A stretch of DNA of 64,000 nucleotides, taken from the human T2T-CHM13v2.0 reference genome, Homo sapiens. The translations under genes and the position numbers were made by a program. Location of the stretch: assembly GCF_009914755.1 (NCBI RefSeq), contig NC_060928.1; one strand, given 5' to 3'. The notes under the pieces were generated by a model. It saw only the letters and a program-made list of their open reading frames with translations. It was not told where the DNA came from and made no database searches. Of the stretch, positions 1-13,980 are shown one piece after another (position 1 is the stretch's first letter; every line of letters begins with the position of its first letter).

Positions 1-111
1 GGGAAAGCTGAGACTAGGCTGGATCACAAAAAGTCTGGGAGAGGACTAGATCATGAAGACCTGAAACAGCCAATGGGAGAATCCTAGATTATAGCAGAGA
101 AACCAAAAGAG

Positions 112-220
112 AACTGCCAATATAATTTTGGGGCATAATGCAACAAGAAAATGTGGAATTCCTTGTTCAAAACTCACTAAGAATTTCAAGACAGCAGTGG
201 AGGAGATTTAAATTAAGTGT
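112..220 (-). mobile_element. MER91-like hAT DNA transposon fragment
   Basis: aaaatgtggaattccttgttcaaaactcactaagaatttcaagacagcag resembles the reverse complement of the MER91A core as I recall it. Confidence 0.55.
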
Positions 221-1611
221 TTGCATGGGGAAGGCAAGATGGCCAACTAGATGCAGACAAGTGAAACAGCTCCCATGGAGGGACTGAGATGACTGGCATG
301 TTTTTTAACAGATCTTCAGAGGGAAGGTGCTGAAAGTGTATGGAGGAAAGACCCAGAAGCTGGGCTGAACAGAGAGAAAGCTAGGAACCCCACATGGGCT
401 AAGAGCACCAGACTCATTTTTGAACCGCAACAGCACTGAGGGAATGGGTGAGTTAAACTGGCAAGGAGCAACCCACTCTCACCATGGGCCTTTGAAACCA
501 TGGCAGGAAGGGACCCTTCAACTACTATGGACACTTGAGGTGGCAGAGAGAGCTGCTTAGAGAAGTGGTGGGGCAGCAAGCCAACTGAAGTAGAGCCCAG
601 AGGATTTGATGCCAGAGCATCTGTAGTAGAACACAGCCAGGGACAGCCATTCCTCTAGGCTTGATTTGCTCCCATAAGAGACTTTAGCCCTAGGAGAACT
701 GTCAGACTTGATCTGTTCAGGGAAGTCTTGGAAATCAGACGGGCCTGGTCTGACCTGAGCAACCCTTGGTCTGCTGGCCTCTCTCTGGGCCCAGCCTGGC
801 CATGCCTGTTAACAGGGCAGTTTTGAATGCTCTGGGAGCCCACACCATAGCTTCTGCACAGGTGGACCATGCCCGAACACTGGATAGCTCCAGAGAGGCA
901 GCCCTTACAGCCATACACCAGCCCACATACTCCCTCCCCATACGGCAGCTTTCCCCCAGAGCCCATGGCAACTCCCCACGTCACTTTGCTGGTATGTGTC
1001 TGCACAGGCAGGTTTTGTTTTACTTGCAACACCAGCACATGTGAGTGAAGTCTGCTTTGCCCTCCCCCAAATAAACAGCTATTGCAGAGGAAGCCTTGGC
1101 AGGCACAGAGCCAACAAGCCCCACCACCACCAGCACCACACCCTAGTGCTAACACGGCACAGAGAACTCCCACACCTTGAGTGATCACTCCTGCTTGTGG
1201 GGGACAGAGAAGGCACCCAGAGCTCTCCAGCCAGTACCCATCCCCAAGCCAACACCACCTCCAGTGCAACAGCACACAGTCTCCAGCAGAGGCCCCCTGC
1301 TTCCCCGCCAGCTGCCAGGCCTCCACAACTGTGGTGAATGCCCACGAGGAAGAAGGAACTCCTGCATCAGCTAGCACTTTGCTGCTCCTTGGTGCCCCCA
1401 GCGCAGTGAACTCTAAGCCTCAAGAAGCCAGAGAACAAAGTCGGGGACCAATACAAGTTCCCCAGAGTTAGAGCACACCATCCAGAGGTTGGGAGCTGTG
1501 TGCTGGCCCCCTAATATCTCCCATAAATGAAGCCATATCTACCTTATACCATCAAACCCTCCAGGTCATCAAAAAGGAAAAAAAAAAAACACACATCCAA
1601 AGGTCAGCAAC

Positions 1612-2004
1612 TGATATAGTTTGGCTCTGTGTGCCCACCCAAGTCTCATCTTGAATTATGATCTTCAGTGTTGGAGGAGGGGCCTGGTAGGAGGTGGTTG
1701 GATCATGGGGGCAGACTTCCCCCTTGCTGTTCTCATGATAGTGTGTAGGTTCTCATAAGATTTGGTTGTTTAAAAGTGTGTATCACTTGCCTCTTTACTC
1801 TCTCTCTCTCCCGCCACTCTACCATGTGAAGAAGGTGCTTGCTTCCCCTTCACACTTCTATCATGATTGTAAGTTTCCGGAGGCACCCCCCAACCATGTG
1901 TCCTGGATAGCCTGTGGAACTTTGAGTCAGTTAAACCTCTTTTCTTCATAAATTAACCAGTCTCAGGTAGTTCTTTATAGCAGTGTGCAGAATGGACTAA
2001 CACA
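1612..2004 (+). mobile_element. Solo MaLR LTR (MSTA/MSTB-like) nested in L1
   Basis: tgatatagtttggctctgtgtgcccacccaa...ctttatagcagtgtgcagaatggactaacaca; TG...CA ends; gcaac on both sides. Confidence 0.9.
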
Positions 2005-5000
2005 GTAGGCAACCTCAAAGATTGAAGGTAGGTAAGCCCACAAAGATGAGAAAGAATCAGCTGAAGAATGCTGAAAATTCTAAAAGCCAGAGTGCCTTCT
2101 TTTCTCCAAATAACCACATCACCTCTCCAGCAAGGATTCAGAACCAAGCTGAGGCTAAGATGGCTGAAATGACAGAACTAGAATTCAGAATATGGATAGG
2201 AATGAAGTTAATTGAGCAACAGGAATACGTTGAAACCAAATGCAAGGAAGCTAAAAACCATAATAAAACAATGCAGGAGCTGACAGACAAAATAGCCAGT
2301 ATAGAGAAGAACATAGCCAACATGATAGAGCTGAAAAACACACTACAAAAATGTCATAATGCAATCACAAGTATTAATAGGAAAATAGACCAAGTGAAGG
2401 AAAGAATCTCAGGGCTTGAAGACTTGCTTTCTAAATAAGCCAGGCAGATAAGAATAGAGAAAAAAAGAATGAAAAGGAATGAACAAAACCTCTGGGAAAT
2501 ATGGGATATTGTAAAGAAATGAAATATATGACAGATTGGTGTCCCCAAAAGAGAAAAGAAGAATGGAACCAACTTGGAAAACATAGGACATCATCCATGA
2601 AAACTTCCCCAACCTAGCTAGAGAGGCCAATATTCAAATTTAGGAAATGCAGAGAACCCCAGTAAGATATTCATAAGAAGATCATCCTCAAGACACATAA
2701 TCATCAGATTTTCCAAGGTGGAAATAAAAGAAAGAATGTTAAAGGCAGCTAGAGAGAAAAGTCAGGTCATCTACAAAGGGAAGTCCATCAGACTAACAGC
2801 AGACCTCTCAGGTGAAACTCTAAAATCCATAAGAGATCAGGGGCCAGTATTCAACATTGTTAAAGAAAAGTAATTCTAACCCAGATTTTCATATCTAGCC
2901 AAACAAAGTTTCAAAGTGAAGAAGAAATAATATTCTTTTCAGACAAGCAAATGCTGAGGGAATTTGTTACCACCAGACCTGCCTTACAAGAGTACCCAAA
3001 GGAGCTCCTCTGGTATTAAATATGGAAAGGAAAGACCATTACCAGCCACTACAAAAACACACTGAAGTACACAGACCAGTGACACTCTGAAGTAACCACA
3101 TATACAAGTCTTCAAAATAATTGGCTAACATCATGATGGCAGGATCAAATCTGCACACATAAACTAACCTTGAATATAAACAGGCTAAACTGCCCAATTT
3201 AAAGGCACAGAGTGGCAAGCTAAATAAAAAAGCAAGATCCATTGGTATGCTGTCTTCAAGAGACTCATCTCACACACAGTGACACACATAGGCTCAAAAT
3301 ACAAGGATGGAGGAAAATCTACCAAACAAATGGAAAACAGAAGAAAGCAGGGGTTGCAATCCTAATTTCAGACAAAACAGACTTCAAACCAAAAAATATC
3401 AAAAAATACAAAGAAGGACATTACATAATGGTAAAGGGTTCAATTCAGCAAGAAGACCTAACTATCCTATATATACAGGTACCCAATGCAAGAGCACCCA
3501 GATTCATAAAGCAAGTTCTTAGACACCTACAAAGAGACAGAGACATTCTCAAATAAAAATAGTGGGAGACTTCCTACACTCCATTGACAGTATTAGACAG
3601 TTCATTGAGACAGAAAATTAACAAAGACATTCAGGACCTGAACTCAACATTGGACCAAATGAATCTAGTACATGTCTACAGAACTCTCCACCCAAAAACA
3701 ACAGAATATACATTCTTCTAATCACTCCATGGCACATACTCTAAAATTGACCATATCATTGGACATAAAACTTATAATCCTCAGCAAGTTCAGAAAAACC
3801 AAAATCATACCAATAGCACTAAATGCCCACATCAGAAAGTTTATTAAGATCTCAAATTAACAACCTAAAGAATCGCATCTGAAAGAATTAGAAAATGCAA
3901 GATCAAATCAACCACAAAGCTAGCAGAAGACAAAAGAAAAAATCAGAGCTGAACTGCAGGAAATCAAGACATGAAAACCCATTCAAAAGATTAATAAAAC
4001 CAGGGCTTGTTTTTTTTGAAAAAATTAGTAAGATAGATAGGCCGCTAGCTAGACTAATAAAGAAAAAATAGAGAGGATCCAAATAAACATAATTAAAAAT
4101 GATGAAGACGATGTTACCACTGATGCCACAGAATTAAAAATAAACATCAGAAACTACTATGTACACCTTTGTGCACACAAACTAGAAAACCTAGAAGAGA
4201 CGGATAAATTTCTGGACATACACACCCTCCCAAGACTGGAGAGAGGGTGAAATTCTCTAAGAAGAAATTGGAGTTTTCTTCTCCAAGAAGAAAATTCCTC
4301 CAAGAAGAAACTGATTTCCTGAACAGACTGAAAATGAGCTCCAAAACTGAATCAGTAATAAATAGCCTACCAATAAAAAAAAGCTTAGTACCTGATGGAT
4401 TCACAGCCAAATTCTACCAAATTTACGAAGAAGAGTTGGTACGATTCCTATAGAAACTATTCCCAAATATTGAGGAAAGACTCCTCCCCCAAATCATTCT
4501 ATGAGGCCAATATCATCCTCATACCAAAACCTGGAAGAGACACAACAATGAAAGAAAATTTCAGGCCAATATCCTTGATGAATATCAATGCAAAAAAAAA
4601 AAAAATCCTCAACAAAATACTGGCAAATGGGATCCAGAAGCACATCAAAGGGCTAATCTACCATGATCAAATAGGCTTCATCCCCAGGATGCAAGGTTGA
4701 TTCAACATACACAAATCAATAAATATGATTCATCACATAAACAGGATGAAAGACAAAAACCATATGATTATCTCAATAGATACGGAAAAGGCTTTTGATA
4801 AAATTCAATACCCCTTTGTGTTAAAAACTCTCAATAAACTAGATATTGAAGAAACATCCCTAAAATAATAAGAGCCATCTATGACAAACCCACAGCCAAT
4901 ATTATACTGAATAGGCAAATGCTGGAAGCATTCTCCTTGAAAACCAGCACAAGACAAAGATGAACTCTCTCACCACTCCTACTCAACATATTACTGGAAG

Positions 5001-6157
5001 TCCTAGCCAGAGCAATCAGGCAAAAGAAAGAAATAGAGGGCATCCTCTCTTCAAATAGGAAGACAGGAAGTCAAACTATCTTTGTTTGCAGATGACATAA
5101 TTCTATATCTATAAAACCCCAGTCTCAGCCCAAAACTGCCTTTAGCTGGTAAACAACTTCAGCAAAGTTTAAGGATACAAAATCAATGTGCAAAAATCAC
5201 TAGCATTCCTATACACAACAACAGCCAAACCAACAGCCAAATCAGAAAGTCAATCCCATTCAGAACTGCCACAAAAAGAATAAAATACCTAGGAATACAG
5301 CTAACCAGGAAGGTGAAAGATCTCTACAATGAGAGCTACAAACACTGCTCAAGGAAATCAGAGAAAACACAAACAAACAAATGGAAAAACATCCTATGCT
5401 CACGGATATGGAGAATCAATATTGTTAAAATGGCCATACTGCCCAAAGCAATTTACAGATTCAATGCTATTCCTATCAAACTACCGAAGACATTATTCAC
5501 AGAACTAGAGAAAACTATTTTTAAATGGTATGGAGTCAAACAAGAGCCCAAATAGCCAAGGCAATCCTCAGCAAAAAGAACAAAGCTGGAGGCAACACAC
5601 TACCCAAATTCAAACTATACTACAGGGCTACAGTAACCAAAACAGCATGGTACTGGTACAAAAACAGGCACATAGACCAATGAAACAGAATAGAGAGGCC
5701 AGAAATCAGACTCCACCACCTACAACCACCTGATCTTCTGCAAAGCTGACAAAAACAAGCAATGGGGAAAAGACTCCCCTTTTCAATTAATGGTACTGAG
5801 ATAACTGGCTAGCCTTATATAGAAGACTGCAACTGGACCCCTTCCTTTTGCCATATACAAAAACTAACTCAAGATGGATTAAAAACTTAAATGTAAAATC
5901 CAAAACTATAAAAACCCTGGAAGACAACCTAGACAATACCATCCAGTACATAGGAATGGGCAAAGATTTCATGACGAAGATGCCAAAAGCAATTGCAGTA
6001 AAAGCAAAAATTGACAAGTGGGATCTAATTAAACTTAAGAGCTTCTGCACAACAAAAGAAACTATGAAAAGGGTAAACAGACAACCTACAGATGGGAGAA
6101 AATATTTACATACTATACATCTGACAAAGGTCTAATATCTAGCATCTATAAGGATGC

Positions 6158-6537
6158 TGTATTAGTTTGTTCTCACACTGCTATAAAGAACTACCTGAGA
6201 CTGGGTAATTTATGAAGAAAAGAGGTTTAATTGACTCACAGTTTCACAGGCTGTACAGGAAGCATAGCCAGAAGACCTCAGAAAACTTGCAATCATGGTG
6301 AAAGACAAAAAGGAAGAATGCATCTTCTTCATACTGCAGAGCAGGAGGAAGAGAGAGAGTGAAGGGGAAAGTGCCACACACTTTTAAACCACCAGATCTC
6401 ATGAGAACTAACATGAAAACAGTGAGGGGGAAATCTGCCCCCATGATCCAATCACCTCCCACCAGGTCTCTCCCCTAACATTGGGAATTACAGTTTAGCA
6501 TTATATTTGGGTGGGTACTCAGAGCCAAACCATATCA
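6158..6537 (-). mobile_element. Solo MaLR LTR (MSTA-like) nested in L1 ORF2
   Basis: tgtattagtttgttctcacactgctataaagaactacctgagactggg...agagccaaaccatatca; L1 sequence resumes on both sides. Confidence 0.9.
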
Positions 6538-7622
6538 TAACTTAAACAAATTTACAAGAAAAAAAAAGATTAAAAAGTGAGCAAAGTACATGAACAGACA
6601 AGTCTCAAAAGAAGACATACATGCAACCAACAATCAAATGAAAAAAGCTCAGTATCACTGATCATTAGAGAAATGCAAATCAAAACCACAATGAGATACC
6701 AATCTCACACCTGTCAGAATGGCTAGTATTAAAAAGTCAAAAAATAACAGATGTTGGTGAGGTTGTGGAAAAAAGGGAACACTTATACACTGTTGGTGGG
6801 AGTATAAATTAGTTCAAACATTGTGGAAAGCAGTATGGTGATTGCTCAAAGAGCTAAAAGCAGAACAGTCATTTGACCCAGCAATCCCATTGCTAAGTAT
6901 ATACCCAGAGGAATATAAATGATTCGACCATAAAGACACATGTACATGAATGTTCACTGCAGCACCATTCACAATAGCAAAGACATGGAATTAACCTAAA
7001 TGCCCATCAATGACAGATTGGATAAAGAAAATGTGGTACATATACACCATGGAATACTATGCAGCCATAAAAAAGAACAAGATCATGTCTTTTGTGGGAA
7101 CATGGATGGAGTTGGAGGCTATTATCCTCAGCAAACTAATGCAGGAACAGAAAACCAAATACCATGTCTTCTCACGTATAAGTGGGAGCAAAATAAGAAT
7201 TTATGAACACGAAGCAAACAACAGACACTGCTGTTTGTCTAGTTGTAGGTGGAGGGTGGGAGGAGGGAAAGGAGCAGAAAAGACAACTATTGGGTACTGG
7301 GCTTAATTCCTAGGTGATGAAATAATCTATGCAACAAACCCCCATGACATGTTTACCAATGTAACAAACTTTCGCATGTACCCCAGAACCTAAAATAAAA
7401 GTTGTATAAAAAAACAAAAAAACTTGTATTTGGAATAAAGATATAATAGTCGAGAATCCTTCACAGGGGAAAACATAACTTCAAAATAGGTAACACAAAA
7501 ACTGTTGGAAATACAAAAGAAAATTCACATATACAAGATTATTTGGGAGATATCCACAACTTTTTCAACCTTTCACAGATACAATTTAGAAATTTTATAA
7601 TATAAAAAATAAGATTAAATTA

Positions 7623-7740
7623 TTAGATTGGTGCAAAAGCAATTGCAGTTTTTGCCGTTACTTTGAATTAAAAGAAGATGATGGTAACTATATAATTAAA
7701 AGTAATGGCAAAAACCGCAATTACTTTTGTACTAATCTAA
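7623..7740. mobile_element. MADE1 (Hsmar1-derived MITE) with expanded centre
   Basis: TIRs ttagattggtgcaaaagcaattgcagtttttgcc / ggcaaaaaccgcaattacttttgtactaatctaa; TA on both sides (7621-22, 7741-42). Confidence 0.92.
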
Positions 7741-7853
7741 TAATATACCACTTCAAGCATCCATTAGATATTAATTAAATTAAGTATATTTCAAGCCACA
7801 AAGAATAATTCATTAAACTGCCTAAAGTAGTAATTATATAGTTATCATCTTCT

Positions 7854-7997
7854 TTTTTTAATTTTATAAAAATTTGTTGTAAAGACTAGGTCTTACCATG
7901 TTGCCCAGGCTGGTCTCAAACTCCTCAGCTCAAGTGATCCTCCCACCTCAGCCTCCCAAAGTGCTAGGATTACAGGCATGAGCCAGCACACCAGGCT
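7854..7997 (-). mobile_element. FLAM / Alu left monomer
   Basis: Alu left-arm sequence; TSD tcatcttct at 7845-7853 and 7998-8006. Confidence 0.85.
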
Positions 7998-8116
7998 TCA
8001 TCTTCTAACACAGTAAAACCAGAAATAACAAAGTTTCTTTTTAATAACAAAAAATACAACCTCTTTGAAAATAAAAAAGTCTTATATATACCTATTGTTT
8101 AAAAAAAATCAATCTA

Positions 8117-8426
<310 letters not shown>

Positions 8427-8666
8427 TTAAATAACACTGAAAATAAAATCACAACCTATCAAATTTTATACAATGTAGCCAAAACTATTCCAAGACATTA
8501 AATCATAGAATTGTACTTTTATGGAAATAATGAAAAAGCATTCAAGTTAAGATGTTTAAAGCAGGAAAAAGAAAATGATAAGAATAAATCTCTAAAATTA
8601 AGCAATTGGTAAGTAAATTCACCACTTTGTTCTTTGAGGGAAAAAAATATAGACAAGTCTATATCA

Positions 8667-8909
<243 letters not shown>

Positions 8910-9848
8910 GACAAGTAGAAGAAAACAGAAACCACGAATAAACACAATTTTAGGAATGAGAAAGGTGATACAATAAAAGATATGGAAGTTTTTAAACATC
9001 TAACTCTATATAAAGCTATGCTAATAAAAATGAATATATTAAATTGAATATTCTAGGAACAACTTTCTAAAACTGCTTCAAAATTAAGTAGGAAAATCTG
9101 ATTAAACAAAAAATAGATGTAAAAGTTAAATTATAAAAGTCAACAAATAATTCAAAAATGATTTCAGTAAGAAAATTTTGCCACGAAGCCCTCTGAAATG
9201 TTCATGAAGTTACCTAATTTATTTTATGAAATAAACAACTTTGACACCATAGTTTGACATTCTTGTTATCGCTACTACAGACTAATATCACAGGCGCAAA
9301 AATCCAAATAAAACACAGACTTCAGCTGCATAACATCATTAATTCTTTCCTAAAAAGTAAATGTTCTGTGCTAAAAACAGTTATAATCTATCATACATCA
9401 ACCTGAAACCTACATTTTTGTGTAGTAACTAAGACCCTATATGTAACAAACTATATTTAAGATGTAAAATGTTAAAACAGATTCCTTATATTCAAACAAT
9501 TTCCTTTTCCTGCACATCATCTTGTTTAAAACTTCATATTGGGTTTAGAGGATATACATTATATGGCTTTCAGGTATTCATAAACATGAGGCATTCTCTA
9601 CTGGGAAAACAATAACCTGGCAGACCTTCTTCAAGAAAGTTGCATACTTGCAAAATAAATTCAGCGGTATATTGTCTACCATCATTCAGTAATTCAAGAG
9701 TGGCTTAATGTTAGAAAATTTCTCAATGTATCTGTCTTGTCAGTAGGTTTAGTGAGATTCATGATTCAACACATGATGACCTTATTAGATAACAAAAAAA
9801 CACAAAACATACATTCCAAATTAAAAAATTTTATAAAATCAGTACTAA

Positions 9849-10058
<210 letters not shown>

Positions 10059-10559
10059 TAAACAAGAAGCAAACCTTATGCTTAATGGGAAAAACTAAAG
10101 GCATTCCCATAAAAAAGAGAATAAATGCCAGATAACACCATTATTATTTAATATAATCTATGCTATAATTTCTATTCAAGGCAACAAAATAGGAAACCAA
10201 ACATAATACTGACAAGGGTGGAAGGCAAATTACCATTTTAATGACAGGATTATCTAGAAAAGCTAAGATAATAATTTAAATAGTTCTTAAAATTAAGAAA
10301 AAATAGTTTGTAAGGGGTCCAGTAACTGGATAATTATATAAAATAAAATCTTTTTTCTATACCACTTATAGCCACTTAGAAGTTATAACGACAATAAAAA
10401 ATAGATTTCTTCCACAATAGCCCTGCCCAATATTCACTGCATGAACAATTCAAATAGCCCAGAAACTGATCCTAATGTATATTAGAGTTTAATACATGTG
10501 AATGAACATCACAAACAAATAAGATATTAACTTATTCAAAATTGACTTCTGTTTGAATT

Positions 10560-10830
10560 AGCGAGGAGCCAGACTCACTCTTTTCAACTATACTTGAACA
10601 ATAGAGACTGTGAGGCTATCACTGCAACAACCACCTTGCCACCATAAGGAAAAATCCAATCTATGAATAAAACAAGTACAGAAGAGGTTCCCAGAAGTGA
10701 AAGAGAAAAACCCAGATCCTGATGACTTCTTCGGGTCCTGAAACAGGGCCTGAGCTAAATTTATCCAAAAATTTACCAATAAATTTCCTTTATATTTAAG
10801 ATGGACTAAGCTCATTTCACTGTCACCTGA
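10560..10830 (+). mobile_element. Old MLT1-type MaLR LTR fragment
   Basis: ccaccttgccaccata...gatcctgatgac...ccaataaatttcctt...tgtcacctg resembles MLT1J/K/L 3' halves. Confidence 0.5.
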
Positions 10831-11242
10831 TACACCTACCAAGTATATATCTTGATACACCTACCTAGAGAAGTATATTCTAGGAACAACTTTCCAAAAT
10901 TGCTTCAAAATTAAGTAGGAAAATACATATTTTAATAATTTAACATCATTAAATTTAATAATTTAATGATATACCTATCAAGTAGGTATATCAAATATGT
11001 ATATTATATGTACCTATCAAGGCTGAGAGAAGTTTGTTTCATATATCAAAAATATATTGTTATAATATATTTAAACATATAACCTATCTAAGTATGTAAA
11101 GTACTTTAGTGGCTAAAAATTTTACAAAATTACATATTTAGCAAATGTCATCCAACCTGACTCTCATAAAAGGAAAATTCAGTATGGGATATAGTATGTA
11201 TTAATGCATAAGTTATTTGTCAAAACATAAAGAGAAAAGTCA

Positions 11243-11609
<367 letters not shown>

Positions 11610-11961
11610 CTAACAAGAAAATATATCTTAATCTGTAGGAACACTGAAAAAAGACGGCAAAAATGACAGTAAATATACACTTCTTTCTACCAGAGCAACT
11701 ACTGTTGTTCGTGAGTCAAAAAGATGTAATATCCATAAATCACTTTCACTATTAAGAGTATTGTATGTATTCAAATTGCCTAATTCATTTTCTCTACCTG
11801 TAACTGTTCGAGTGACTGCTTTATTTATTTACAAGCTTATTATTTCTGACAATCAATATCAGTTATGGTTCTTTTTATTAAATATATAATATGTATTCAG
11901 AAACACAGAGAAATCCAATTCTCTTTTTAAGAGGTTGGCATTTATGGATGTCAAAAGACTC

Positions 11962-12066
11962 AACATTCAAACATGGCCTCATCAATTAAAACAACACATC
12001 GAGAAAATGTTTCTAACATTTAAACATGGCCTCATCAACTAAAACAACACATTCAGAAAATGTTTC
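11962..12066. repeat. Tandem duplication, period 53 bp, 2 copies
   Basis: aacattcaaacatggcctcatcaattaaaacaacacatcgagaaaatgtttc repeated at 12015 with 4 mismatches. Confidence 0.9.
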
Positions 12067-13104
12067 CTTCTCACCCCTCTCCTTTTTAGAAATCTAAACA
12101 ATTAGTGTAGTTCTCTAAGAGTCAATCATTCTCTTTATATGAAAACACTTACACAGTGGAAAATTAAAAGTATATGTGGTTATTAGAGAGAGGTAGGCTT
12201 TTTACAGAAAGCAATGCTGGAACTGTACCTTAGAAGAGTGATTGATAAAGCTCTGAAACTCCTCAATGTAAACACTAAAACAATTATTTGAGCTTGAAGT
12301 AAACTTACAGCAGAAATATGGATATAGTTCCTATATATTCAATTTTAAAGAAAATGCCAATCCAATGAGCCAACCAGGGTTATTTAGCTATTAAAGATAA
12401 GTATTTAAATGATTTAACCTTTTGAACAGTATTGCTGATTATTATACAGCCAGAAGCCAGAGAGCCTGTGCTTCTGATACTAAAATAAGTTAATGTCTTA
12501 ACAGGCTTTCAGATAATATCAAGATTTATTTGCTTCATAAAGTTTTTGGAGCAGGAAAGGAATGCAATATCAATATGAAAAATATGTTTAATGTCTTACT
12601 TTATATCTTGAAAGAACTCTCACCCAGATAATGTATTGTTTGTACTAAATTATTAGGCATAAAGTTAAAAGAGATGAAGGATAGGGCTAATATGTTTTTT
12701 AAAGGTTTCAACAATAAGCACTGAAACAAAAGCAGTTTCCTGATAAACATGTATCTTTAAACTTAGTTTTGGTGGTTAAAGTCTTGCTCATATCATGCTT
12801 TATTGGTTATTATAAAAAAGAACCCTCTCATTCTTAAGTCTCTGTAGTAAGATATTTTTCTATCATTATCCCAAATCCCATCTGTCACTTATCATTGAGT
12901 TAGAAGAAAACAAAAGCAGGGTTGTTTTTTTTACTTCTCTGATAAATTTTCCTGATTGTGTATCCTAGATGACCCAGGCGTCCAAACCTAATCTTTATTT
13001 CACAAAAAGTTGTTGGTTTTTCAAAGTAATTCATAATCTTTTGTATACCTCCTTTTTGTATGAACATCAAGTAACATCCAGGCTGTGCTCCCTTGGCTAT
13101 CCTA

Positions 13105-13458
13105 TCCCCCTTGCCACCACAGGGCCTTTGATGTTCCCTCTACCTGGAACACACTTTCCTTACCTCTTCCTCTATTTCAAGTTCTCCTTGAGATCTCAGT
13201 TCAAACATCACTTCTAAAGAAGAGCTTTCTTTTCCTTTTCTTTGACTAGGTCAAATTCCTTTATTTAAACTCTAAAAACCCTAGAGTATCCCTTCTTAGC
13301 ATTTGTTTCTGTGATGCTTTTTTGCTAGATTGACAATAAACCTCTAAGGACAGAGACTACATGTACATTTGTTCACCATTGTATCTCCAGAGGTTAACAG
13401 AGTACCTAGGATTTGTTAGAAGCTTATTAAATATCTGTTGAATAAATTATTGAATGAA
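13105..13458 (+). mobile_element. L2 3'-end fragment
   Basis: gttccctctacctggaa...tttgttcaccattgtatctccag...aaatatctgttgaataaat. Confidence 0.7.
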
Positions 13459-13636
13459 ACGCAAGTATTTAAAAATGACCACTAATCTGAATTGCTCCTG
13501 AGTTTCATGATAATATTAAAATGAACCAAAATCAGGAGAAGAAAATTATCCATTTCTTCCCTTAGACATGTTTAGGGGCTCTCTGGGTCCAGACTCAAAC
13601 AATGTGTTCCAGAAGTTGTGTGTAGGAGTGTAAGTA

Positions 13637-13980
13637 CAATCATGAATCACTTAACGATGGGAATACTTACTGAGAAATGTGTCGTGAGGTGATTTCATCA
13701 TTGTGCAAACATCATAGAGTGTACTTACACAAACCAAGATGGTATAACCTACTACACACCTAGGCTATACAGTATAGCCTATTGCTCCTAGGCTATAATC
13801 CCAAACAGCAGGTTACTGTACTTAATACTGTGGGCAATTGTAACACAATAGTATTTGTGTATCTGAACATACCTAAACATAGAAAAAGTACAGTAAAAAT
13901 ACAGTATTAGAATCTTATGGGACCATCATCATACGTGCAGTCCATTGTTGACCAAAATATCATTATGCAGCACAAGACTG
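13637..13980 (+). mobile_element. Tigger3a (MER7A) DNA transposon
   Basis: caatcatgaatcacttaacgatggg...cattatgcagcacaagactg; TA flanks; ~345 bp. Confidence 0.88.

Larger units (their letters stand above)
227..7422 (+). mobile_element. Near full-length decayed LINE-1, L1PA13-16-like (5' UTR, ORF1 and ORF2 remnants, 3' UTR, A-tail), interrupted by two MST LTRs
   Basis: Starts ggggaaggcaagatggccaactag. ORF1 remnant at 2022-2438 (coiled-coil). Endonuclease remnant CCLQETHL at 3242-3556. RT-region remnants (FRPISLMNI at 4395-4700; fragments at 5313-6135); C-terminal KKMWYIYTMEYY at 7010. Older L1PA-type 3' UTR and A-rich tail. Many stops and frameshifts; internal deletion near 3812. Confidence 0.95.

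Noticed and set aside
655-1471. Longest ORF (240 aa, minus strand) and overlapping ORFs
   Set aside because: They lie in the GC-rich L1 5' UTR, have low-complexity composition and show no recognisable domain.
2022-7306. L1 ORF1/ORF2 as an active retrotransposon or reverse-transcriptase system
   Set aside because: Fragmented by many stops, frameshifts, a deletion and LTR insertions; it is non-functional.
9315-9650. Possible foreign insert or exon within the L1M remnant
   Set aside because: I found no convincing splice-site pair or STPG2-like peptide, and the host is too degraded to define boundaries.
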